From the IMG/VR virus record IMGVR_UViG_3300009684_000030: a stretch of 64,000 nucleotides of DNA. One strand, written 5' to 3'. Both the position numbers and the translations under genes were made by a program. Of this stretch, positions 28,808 to 37,072 are shown in pieces (position 1 is the first letter of the stretch; each line of letters opens with the position of its first letter). The notes under the pieces are model-generated. The model saw only the letters and a list, made by a program, of their open reading frames with translations, searched no databases and was not told the DNA's origin. The stretch comes from an uncultured virus (IMG/VR IMGVR_UViG_3300009684_000030). Taxonomy: Duplodnaviria > Heunggongvirae > Uroviricota > Caudoviricetes.

Positions 28808-29646
28808 TATACCATTGGTATTAGGGTTGGAGCAAATTCAGTTGTAGCTTCATGAACATGCAATGATAGAGGAACAGGTCCAGTTATCGTACTCATAAAA
28901 TCTAATCCTTCAAAATAAGTAGTAGGTCCTGAAACTAGAAGAACTTCTTCTAAAAGAACTTCGGGAGCTTGAATAAGAATACCTCCAGTTCCTGCTACTG
29001 TAGTTAATAGAGAAGAAATACCAACTAATGATCCACCTACCGAGGTCTGACCCATAGAGTTAAGAGTTGCCCCCAAGAAACCGCCTGTAAGACCAGCAGA
29101 TCCTGATGCTGACATACTATAATTACCTCCTACTACACCGGTATATCCAGCTGAAATAGTTTCCGAAACCTTACCATGGACTGTATGTGTAAGATCTTTA
29201 CATTCAGTAATCTTATTTCCTGCTATCTTTTCAGACATATCATGAACAACTTCAACTGCATAATTACCATCAACTTTTAGATTATAACTACCATGAACAG
29301 TTGTATTCATATCTCCTTCAACCTCAAGTTCTAATTTCTTACAATGAAGTTTAACTGTTTTTGCCATAGTTACATTAACCTCACCATTAATAAGTATATG
29401 ACCATCGCGAATAATAGTTATCCAAGCATCGCCTACAATTGTAATATCTGATGAACCATCTGCAGTAATTACACGAGATGTTCCTGATTTATGATGTTCC
29501 CCAATGCGCTCATTACCAAGTGTATCATCAACTTCAAATACATGTCCTGAACGAGTTTGATTAACTGATGATGATGAATATTGAGAATCATCAGATGGAA
29601 GTTTTGGATTCCAATGATCTGTCTGGGTAAAATCTCCTGTTGCCAT
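28807..29646 (-). CDS. gp5 C-terminal beta-helix (needle) portion
   Basis: TRSGHVFEVDDTLGNERI..HKSGT followed by VxGx repeats; LSLHVH tip. Confidence 0.8.
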   Translation of the reverse strand: MATGDFTQTDHWNPKLPSDDSQYSSSSVNQTRSGHVFEVDDTLGNERIGEHHKSGTSRVITADGSSDITIVGDAWITIIRDGHILINGEVNVTMAKTVKLHCKKLELEVEGDMNTTVHGSYNLKVDGNYAVEVVHDMSEKIAGNKITECKDLTHTVHGKVSETISAGYTGVVGGNYSMSASGSAGLTGGFLGATLNSMGQTSVGGSLVGISSLLTTVAGTGGILIQAPEVLLEEVLLVSGPTTYFEGLDFMSTITGPVPLSLHVHEATTEFAPTLIPMV

Positions 29647-29666
29647 ATATAAAATTATTTATTGGT

Positions 29667-30722
29667 TCAAAATCCGGCAGCTGCTGCAATACCGCCTACT
29701 GTAGAAGTACTATTTGAAGATCCGCTCTTTATTCTAAGTAAACTTCGTACACATGCCAATGTTTTATTTTTCATAAATACACCCTCAACGCCATTTGATA
29801 CTGTATTACCTTCAATTGTGGTGAATCCATTTGGGGTTGGTTCTTTTACAATACCTGCATGACCTTTACCAGATGCCCATGAAAATATAACAATATCACC
29901 AGGTTGAGCTTCTCGAGGATTTCTTATAATTTGGACAATTGATGGATGCGATGCGGCCCATTCAGTTTCTAATCCAAATGCACTTGCTGTTTTCGGCCTA
30001 TTTTTATCATCAAGTATACCACTCTGTTGAACACACCAACATACAAATGCGGCACACCAGGACTGTCCATATCCCCCGCCAACAGCAGTCCAATACTTTT
30101 CAATACCAGGACCTATATTGTTATTATTAGTTTCTATAACACCAATTTGACCTTGTGCAATTGGTACTATAGCAGCCGCAGATCCCGATGCAGTTGGGGC
30201 AGATACTCCATTCGGCCCAGTTACTCCAGTTGCATTCATAGTATTACCTTTTCCCATGAAAACGCTGGAAATTGACATTGATGCTTGTAATTTATTATTA
30301 TATGCTGGATTTCCTTTACCTGCATACGAAAGTGCACCAGCAGGAATATCATGGCCTGCTGTTAATGGATATGTTCCCATCGGATCTTGAAATCCTAATA
30401 TAGGTGTAGTTCCTCTATTATTATCATATCCAGAAATAGAGGATGAACCTGACATAGTACCAAGCACAACAGGATCTTGCATTTCAAGATCTCTAAAAAA
30501 TCCAAATACCCAGGAACCTGACATTAAGCCGACCGATGAACCAACACCAGAAAGTCCAGCAGATGTTGTTGGAAGTATTACTGTTGCCCATGGTAAATCC
30601 TTAGATGGTATTAATGTTAAATCGGGAGTATGGTATCCCATACATCTAACTTGAACTCTCCCAAGCTGTAATGGATCATTAGTATTTTCAACAACTCCAG
30701 TATACCAATTTGTGATCTTCAT
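29667..30722 (-). CDS. gp5: gp5 N-terminal OB-fold fused to CHAP amidase/peptidase domain
   Basis: WYTGVVENTNDPLQLGRVQVRCMGYH..DLPWA..GSWVFGFFRD; CHAP residues SWCAAFV, PGDIVIF, GHAGIV, TIEGN. Confidence 0.85.
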   Translation of the reverse strand: MKITNWYTGVVENTNDPLQLGRVQVRCMGYHTPDLTLIPSKDLPWATVILPTTSAGLSGVGSSVGLMSGSWVFGFFRDLEMQDPVVLGTMSGSSSISGYDNNRGTTPILGFQDPMGTYPLTAGHDIPAGALSYAGKGNPAYNNKLQASMSISSVFMGKGNTMNATGVTGPNGVSAPTASGSAAAIVPIAQGQIGVIETNNNNIGPGIEKYWTAVGGGYGQSWCAAFVCWCVQQSGILDDKNRPKTASAFGLETEWAASHPSIVQIIRNPREAQPGDIVIFSWASGKGHAGIVKEPTPNGFTTIEGNTVSNGVEGVFMKNKTLACVRSLLRIKSGSSNSTSTVGGIAAAAGF

Positions 30723-32131
30723 AATTTATCTGTAACAATTGTTAGGCTTGTTGTATATTGTCCATCTGCAAATGCATGTGTTGCAACAGTAACTATATAG
30801 TCTCCTGATATACGTCTATCTATATTAGAACCATCATCATTTGGTTTATCATTAGGATTTTCTTCATCATATCGTTTAACATTTACTGCCTTTGGAATTT
30901 CAATGGTGATTTTAGTCCCCGGATTTAAACTAAAATCACCAAATACAGTTACTTCGTGTGTGACTGAACTCATTTTTGCAGCAAAAGCCTTTGCATTTGC
31001 TATATTGGAAAGTAACGGGCCCGATGTTGAATTGAGATTTGTACCAGGAGTAGCAACAGTATTAACATTTAAATTAACAATGCTGGCATTTGCCATATCT
31101 GTTAATTTTGTTGGTTTGCCTGTTGTTCCATTATTAAAAAATGATAAGGACTCTGCATATGCTGCACCAAGTTGTTTTGTTATATCAGATGTAGATGATA
31201 GTTTCGTAGATAAAACTGAAGTAGATTTATCAGCATTAAATATTTGTTGTGTCCATGTTTTATTACCAAAATCAGTAACATTAACAGTAGAAGCAAATGC
31301 ACCACCTTTTGCAAGATCTAATTTATTTAACTTCATATTAGATTGCATCTCAAGAATTCTAGTAATAGCCTCCGCATATGCATTTGCAGTATTAGGAGTC
31401 GTTTGTAAAAGTTGACGATATACATATGTTCTATATGCAGCCTTTTTTGTAAAATATGACCATGATGCCAATGTAGGTTTATTGGCCGCTATAGTATTAT
31501 ATAAAAAGAAAGGAGATCCAACAGAATCAAATAATTTTGATCTTAACCACTCTGCTGCTCTTAATGGACTTTGAATAGTTATAATACCATCAAATGCAGA
31601 TGTTGATGTAATTAGAGGATCTGCTATAACTACATTAAGATCATCCTTGAAGATCTTAGTAATATTAGGAATTACGGCATTTTTAACTGATCGGGATATT
31701 CTCTTTAGGGCCGATAAGTAAGCAAAATCTGAAATGGCAATAAGGCTATATCGTTGAATATTTGGAGATGATGCTTTCTTTTCATAGTTTGGATACTCCA
31801 TAACAGCCAACTTTAACTTTATATTTTTTGTCGGAGTTGATGAATTAATCGTAGAATTATCGCTAATCTTTTCAATTTCAAGATCAAGTATTTCTTGTCC
31901 TGCAACTCCAAAGTCTTCAAAGAAATTAACAGTATCTCGAATAGTAGCAGAAAATGTAATAACAGGTGAGAATAGTTCTTCAACAATAACAAATGATTCA
32001 ACTAATTGCCGTATATCACGGATATCACCAGATGAGTTAGACATATCTAGTTTTATTAGATTAAATGATGAAGCAACTGTTGCAATATCATTCTCAATAC
32101 CCTTAGGTGTATTTCGTGTATTAATACTCAT
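30719..32131 (-). CDS. Baseplate hub protein (gp27-like)
   Basis: EELFSPVITFS..DTVN N-terminus; VFGDFSLNPG..ISGDYIVT C-terminus; lies between gp53 and gp5. Confidence 0.6.
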   Translation of the reverse strand: MSINTRNTPKGIENDIATVASSFNLIKLDMSNSSGDIRDIRQLVESFVIVEELFSPVITFSATIRDTVNFFEDFGVAGQEILDLEIEKISDNSTINSSTPTKNIKLKLAVMEYPNYEKKASSPNIQRYSLIAISDFAYLSALKRISRSVKNAVIPNITKIFKDDLNVVIADPLITSTSAFDGIITIQSPLRAAEWLRSKLFDSVGSPFFLYNTIAANKPTLASWSYFTKKAAYRTYVYRQLLQTTPNTANAYAEAITRILEMQSNMKLNKLDLAKGGAFASTVNVTDFGNKTWTQQIFNADKSTSVLSTKLSSTSDITKQLGAAYAESLSFFNNGTTGKPTKLTDMANASIVNLNVNTVATPGTNLNSTSGPLLSNIANAKAFAAKMSSVTHEVTVFGDFSLNPGTKITIEIPKAVNVKRYDEENPNDKPNDDGSNIDRRISGDYIVTVATHAFADGQYTTSLTIVTDKL

Positions 32132-33222
32132 GAATTTAATATAGAGAAATACGAATTTGAAAAGTCTGTTATTTTATCATTTCTAATGATTTTTATATTA
32201 GATCGTTCTTCGTTATCAGATAATTCCATATCCTGGAAACTTATAAATGATGGTATAATTTGAGGGATTTCTAACTTTTGATCTAATAGTATATTATATA
32301 TAGATTCGGTAATACCGTTCTGATTATATATTGTATGTGAAGCATTATAATACATAGACCATCTATATGGGACTAGTGTATTATTAACTGGTATATAATT
32401 TTTACCAAATACATATTGTTCTAAATCAGAATTAGTACTAATAACAGTATCATATCCACTTTTATCAATAGCCTTAATGTTATTTAATACTAATGTAAAC
32501 CATTCATCTTTTAAGGCTATATTATTAATATAAATGAAATTACCAGTTTCATCTAAAACTGGATTACCATTTTGATCAGTATCATATATTGACTCATTCC
32601 ATGATAACTTATATGAAATAACAGAATTGGCTAAAAATGCATCTCGTGAAAATGAATTACCATTTGCATCAACTATATTATGTATTACTAATTGTTGCCT
32701 TTGGATATCATATTTCAATATATTTGCATATATTTTAGATGATGTATCGGTACCAGTTGTTAATCTTAAATATGGCAAATATTTTTCATCAAGAGGAGTT
32801 AAGGCAAAATCAGAATCTCCTGTACCATCTATTGAACTATATTTTGTTGCACCATTTTTATCAATAAACTCTAATGTCTGTGCTTCAAATGTAATTGCAG
32901 AATAGGGACCATATTCAGATTCAATCATTTTATCTAAGGCATAATACGATAAAGGCCATGCACCATTTAAACCTGCTCTTAATGATTCATTAAGAATAAA
33001 GAATGTCCAATAATATTGAACATCTCCATAAAGATTATAGGAAACTACATCAGGACGGTCACCGTTCTTAATAGTATAATAGGTATATGTTGAAGCATCA
33101 TCGGGAATCATTGATGCCATTAGTTTAACATCTTGGCATATGTTAGTTAATGCCATAAGGGAGCCATCCCCATACAGATCATAATTAATCTTAGGATATT
33201 TTGAGAAAAAGTTAGTTGACAT
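32128..33222 (-). CDS. gp53: Baseplate wedge protein gp53
   Basis: FFSKYPKINYD; YTIKNGDRPDVVSYNLYGDVQYYW (LysM-like); WPLS. Confidence 0.85.
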   Translation of the reverse strand: MSTNFFSKYPKINYDLYGDGSLMALTNICQDVKLMASMIPDDASTYTYYTIKNGDRPDVVSYNLYGDVQYYWTFFILNESLRAGLNGAWPLSYYALDKMIESEYGPYSAITFEAQTLEFIDKNGATKYSSIDGTGDSDFALTPLDEKYLPYLRLTTGTDTSSKIYANILKYDIQRQQLVIHNIVDANGNSFSRDAFLANSVISYKLSWNESIYDTDQNGNPVLDETGNFIYINNIALKDEWFTLVLNNIKAIDKSGYDTVISTNSDLEQYVFGKNYIPVNNTLVPYRWSMYYNASHTIYNQNGITESIYNILLDQKLEIPQIIPSFISFQDMELSDNEERSNIKIIRNDKITDFSNSYFSILNS

Positions 33223-33277
33223 AATTTAAATATTTATCAGCCCCCACCTGCCTTTTGTTTGGCCTCTAATTGTTGAA

Positions 33278-34162
33278 TCATTGTTGCTGCTTATCAAATG
33301 TAATTGTTTTATCAAATTCCCCTTGGCTATATGGTATAGCTTCAAGTTTACTAATATCATCCAGTGTAAGAGCTCGAGTTTCTGTAAATGATAAAACAAT
33401 ATCTGTTTCAAGAGGTGCTCCGCCAACTCTCCACATATTACCTCCAGCATTAAATGTAGTTGTTACATCTTGGAGGTATGTTTCAAATATCTTTGGAAGA
33501 AAATCTATATCTTTTAATGCTCCTAATTCAGTATAGCCAATAAATCTAATTGTCCATGTCGGAGGATATGATAATTGAATAGCATTCTTTGTTTTAGGAT
33601 AAACTCCTAATCTAAAAGCAGAAACAATCTGTTTAATTAGATCTGCCTCATCTTTACTAGTTGGTATTAACTTAAAATTAAATGTAAATTGTCGTGTTTC
33701 CGTTCCAGTAAATTCAGTAGTTACATATGGATTAAACACCGTTCCAGAACCAATACTCGCAGCAGATGAGAGTTCAGCAGAGACGCCTCCAACTCCAGCA
33801 CTAGACATTCCTTGAATAGCTGTTGAGATAAGACCCTTCCATCCACTCGTTTTTAGATCCTTTCCAGTATTTGATAATTTTTCACCGATAGCCTTTGCAT
33901 CTGTAGTACCTACCATTAATTGTGACATTTCCTTGCCGACTAAACCAAGTGATTTAGATCCATAATCGGCTTTATCATTAACAGAAATTGATTGCGGTAT
34001 TGGTAAATAAATACGGCTATTGCCAGAATCATCCATTACATAACCATTAAAAATAGCTCCGTCATTTGCAGTAACTTTGGTTGTATTTTGAGTAAATACA
34101 ACCAATGGTCGTTGTTTAGCGGAGGATCCTTGAAGGTCTAATGGAAATATTAAGTTAGCCAT
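33278..34162 (-). CDS. gp48: Baseplate tail-tube cap gp48
   Basis: IYLPIPQSI; NPY..F.G...RQFTFNFKLIP.S..EA; LSFTETRALT. Confidence 0.8.
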   Translation of the reverse strand: MANLIFPLDLQGSSAKQRPLVVFTQNTTKVTANDGAIFNGYVMDDSGNSRIYLPIPQSISVNDKADYGSKSLGLVGKEMSQLMVGTTDAKAIGEKLSNTGKDLKTSGWKGLISTAIQGMSSAGVGGVSAELSSAASIGSGTVFNPYVTTEFTGTETRQFTFNFKLIPTSKDEADLIKQIVSAFRLGVYPKTKNAIQLSYPPTWTIRFIGYTELGALKDIDFLPKIFETYLQDVTTTFNAGGNMWRVGGAPLETDIVLSFTETRALTLDDISKLEAIPYSQGEFDKTITFDKQQQ

Positions 34163-34203
34163 ACCATAGTATTTATCTATGTTTATTTACTAATAAATAG
34201 TTT

Positions 34204-34689
34204 ATGGGAAAATATTATTCGGGCAGGTTCAAACCAAAGAATATTTCAAAGTATTCGGGCAACTACGAGAATATTCAATATAGATCACTATGGGAAAGAC
34301 AGGTATTTAGATTCTGTGATGATAATCCCAATGTCATCAGTTGGTGTTCAGAAGAAGTTGTAGTATCCTATCTGTGTAAAACTGACGGCAAAATGCATCG
34401 TTATTTCGTAGATTTAAAGATAACATTTAAAACAGGAGCAACATACTTAATAGAAATTAAGCCTCAAAAGGAAACAATTCCACCAAAGCAGCCTACTCGT
34501 CAAACAAAAAGATATATTACTGAGGTAATGACCTATGTCAAAAATAGTTGTAAGTGGGAAGCTGCTGATATATATGCCCGTCAACGTGGGTGGATTTTTG
34601 AAGTATGGCATGAAAAAACTTTGGCCTCATTAGGTATAAAGATAATAATCGAACGAGCTCCAAAACCAAAAAAACCCAAGATCAAATAA
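34204..34689 (+). CDS. gp4: Head completion protein gp4 (TnsA-like nuclease fold)
   Basis: YSGRFKPKN..KY.G....IQYRSLWE..WCSEE..HRYFVD..IEIKP..KWEAA. Confidence 0.9.
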   Translation: MGKYYSGRFKPKNISKYSGNYENIQYRSLWERQVFRFCDDNPNVISWCSEEVVVSYLCKTDGKMHRYFVDLKITFKTGATYLIEIKPQKETIPPKQPTRQTKRYITEVMTYVKNSCKWEAADIYARQRGWIFEVWHEKTLASLGIKIIIERAPKPKKPKIK

Positions 34690-34857
34690 TCTATTTCTTC
34701 CAAAGGGGAACCTTATGTATCTTCATTCAACCCTTCGGGTTATTCCCTTCGGGAATTGGAACTATTAGTTGAATTATTACGGCTAGATCATATCCAGCAG
34801 AATCTAGATCCATTATACCATATCTTAAAAAGTTGTAAAGGTAATAATTCACAAAAC
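34688..34857 (-). repeat. Dispersed ~170-bp non-coding element, copy 2 (inverted relative to copy 1)
   Basis: Reverse complement matches 7023-7191 at both ends, with a divergent ~30-nt middle; AACCCTTCGGGTT and ATTCCCTTCGGGAAT hairpins at 34729-34756. Confidence 0.85.
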
Positions 34858-34881
34858 CCAATATAAATACATATAGTATAT

Positions 34882-35478
34882 ATGGCATCATTATTTGGAA
34901 ATATTCACACTAAGGCTGAGCAGGCTGGAATCATTCCGCGCACACTCCAGTCACAAAAATGGTTCATACAAAAATTGAGGTCAATGCGGTCATCAATTAC
35001 ACCTAAAGGAATATTAAATGATGAAGCATTAACTATTCGAAAAAAGCCTCTTATTGGAAGGATGTTTATGTTTATGTATAATCCTAAGGGAAAGAAAACC
35101 CTTCCTTACTATGATACATTTCCTCTAATAATTATGATCGGGCCTGCTCCTGGCGGGTTTTACGGTCTAAACCTTCATTATTTGCACCCAAGAGTTCGTG
35201 CTATCTTCTTTGATAGACTTATGGATTATACATCTGATAAAAACTTTGATGAAGGTACTCGTATCAGATTAAAGTATAGTATGTTATCTAGTACAGCAAA
35301 ACTAAAGGCATTTGCGCCATGTTTTAAGCACTATTTATTAGATCATGTTGTTTCTAAAACGGTTGAAGTTCCTCCATCAGAATGGGAAGTTGCATTATTT
35401 ATGCCATCTGATAATTTCAAAGGAGAATCAAATGCATCTATCTGGTCAAAATCACGTAAATTAGTAATGGAAAATTAA
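34882..35478 (+). CDS. gp2: DNA end protector protein gp2
   Basis: GRMFMFMYNPKGKKTLPYYDTFPL..GFYGLNLHYL..PCFKHYL. Confidence 0.92.
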   Translation: MASLFGNIHTKAEQAGIIPRTLQSQKWFIQKLRSMRSSITPKGILNDEALTIRKKPLIGRMFMFMYNPKGKKTLPYYDTFPLIIMIGPAPGGFYGLNLHYLHPRVRAIFFDRLMDYTSDKNFDEGTRIRLKYSMLSSTAKLKAFAPCFKHYLLDHVVSKTVEVPPSEWEVALFMPSDNFKGESNASIWSKSRKLVMEN

Positions 35479-35481
35479 TAT

Positions 35482-36168
35482 ATGGCTGATAGAAAAACAT
35501 CACCTGGGAAAAATACAACATCTTCTACTTTACAAAGTTTAAAGGAACGTATTATTACACGACAAGGATTAGCAAAATCAAATAGATTTACCGTTGATTT
35601 TTCAGCAGTTGATGCACTTTTTAAAGCGGCATCACCGCCTATAAAATTAACAGCATCTATTCATGATTATGATGATCTTAGCTTTTTCTGTGAAACCGTA
35701 AGTCTTCCTGGTCGTACAACTAATACTATGGATTACGGTTCATGGCATCACGATATTAAAATACCAATTGGTTATACTGAAGATGATGTTGATATGACAT
35801 TTATATTAACTAATGATTACTTTATAAAAAATATTCTTGATGCATGGGCTCGTCTTATTATTAATTATGACACATATATACTTGCATATGATAAAGATTA
35901 TCGGGCCGATATTAAAATATATCAATTAAACGAATATAATGAAAGCATATATTGTGTTACATTATTTGATGCGTATCCACATACGGTAAAGGCAATTGAT
36001 TTTGATAATTCTGCTGAAGGTGGTATAACAAAATGTGGTGCCACATTTGCATATAGAGCATTTTCTTCAGAGGTTATGGTATCTGCTATTGGTGCACCAC
36101 TGAAGCCAATTATATCAATAGGTACTAATCCATTTACACCAGCAATTCCTCTTCCACCAACTCAATAA
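35482..36168 (+). CDS. gp54: Tail tube initiator/baseplate-tube junction, gp54-like
   Basis: GLAKSNRF..FCETVSLPGR..LFDAYP gp19/gp54-type motifs; position after gp2. Confidence 0.7.
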   Translation: MADRKTSPGKNTTSSTLQSLKERIITRQGLAKSNRFTVDFSAVDALFKAASPPIKLTASIHDYDDLSFFCETVSLPGRTTNTMDYGSWHHDIKIPIGYTEDDVDMTFILTNDYFIKNILDAWARLIINYDTYILAYDKDYRADIKIYQLNEYNESIYCVTLFDAYPHTVKAIDFDNSAEGGITKCGATFAYRAFSSEVMVSAIGAPLKPIISIGTNPFTPAIPLPPTQ

Positions 36169-36186
36169 TTACATATAAATTAAAGT

Positions 36187-36894
36187 ATGGCATTACCAAT
36201 ACTAGAATCCCCAAAATATACACTCAATATTCCTTCAACAAAGAAGACTATTGAATATAGACCATTCCTTGTTAAGGAAGAAAAGATCCTTCTTATAGCA
36301 CAAGAATCTTCTAATAATGAAGAGATCATAAAGGCAATGAAGGATATTATTAAAGCATGTACATTCGATAAGGTTGAACCAAATGATTTAACTACGTTTG
36401 ACCTTGAATATATTTTTCTTAAGCTCCGTGCAAAATCAGTCGGTGAACTAGCTGATATTAATTGTAAATGTTCTAAATGTGAAGCATTCACCCAAACCGA
36501 AGTTAATATTGATAATATCATATTTAATATTGACCCCAAAGTAAATAAAATAATTATGCTAACCGATAAGGTTGGTATTAATATGAGATACATTAGAGTA
36601 AAGGATATGAATGTTCTTATGAATGAATTAAAGACTACTCCTGATATGATTAATGATGTCATCATTGCATCAATTGAATCTATCTTTGATAATGATGGAG
36701 TTTATCCTGCAGATCAAACATCACAATCCGAAATGACAACATTCATTAATTCATTAAATAGAGCACAAATGAAGCTTATTGAAACATTTATTGCGGAATC
36801 ACCTAAACTATCCCATGATATTAACTTCGAATGCTGTAAATGTCATGAATCAAACACTATGACCTTAGTAGGCGCACAAAGTTTTTTCGAGTAG
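36187..36894 (+). CDS. gp26: Baseplate hub subunit/assembly chaperone gp26
   Basis: MALPILESPKY..YRPFLVKEEKILLIA..FDLEYIFLKLRAKSVGE; two CxxC pairs; ends SFFE. Confidence 0.9.
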   Translation: MALPILESPKYTLNIPSTKKTIEYRPFLVKEEKILLIAQESSNNEEIIKAMKDIIKACTFDKVEPNDLTTFDLEYIFLKLRAKSVGELADINCKCSKCEAFTQTEVNIDNIIFNIDPKVNKIIMLTDKVGINMRYIRVKDMNVLMNELKTTPDMINDVIIASIESIFDNDGVYPADQTSQSEMTTFINSLNRAQMKLIETFIAESPKLSHDINFECCKCHESNTMTLVGAQSFFE

Positions 36895-37070
36895 CTCTCT
36901 CCCATGAATCTCTTGTAAACTATTACCAAACAAATTTTGCATTAATGCAGCATCACAAATATAGTTTATCAGAATTAGATTCAATGCTACCATGGGAGAG
37001 AGAAATTTATATAGCTCTATTATTAAATCATATTAAAGAAGAAGAACAGCGAGAGAAACAGAGAAAATAA
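36888..37070 (+). CDS. gp51: gp51-like baseplate hub assembly protein, in the -1 frame of gp26 (probably made as a frameshift fusion)
   Basis: Manual translation RVALSHESLVNYYQTNFALMQHHKYSLSELDSMLPWEREIYIALLLNHIKEEEQREKQRK*; first ATG only at 36945; not in ORF track. Confidence 0.85.
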   Translation, partial: RVALSHESLVNYYQTNFALMQHHKYSLSELDSMLPWEREIYIALLLNHIKEEEQREKQRK

Positions 37071-37072
37071 TT

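Noticed and set aside
29647..29669. Stop-codon readthrough or recoding joining the two gp5 parts
   Set aside because: The 20-nt gap puts them out of frame, I saw no convincing slippery site, and long genes elsewhere read normally in the standard code.
34204..34689. TnsA-like nuclease as a transposon gene
   Set aside because: Sequence and position next to gp2 and gp48 match head completion protein gp4; no transposon ends or partner genes.
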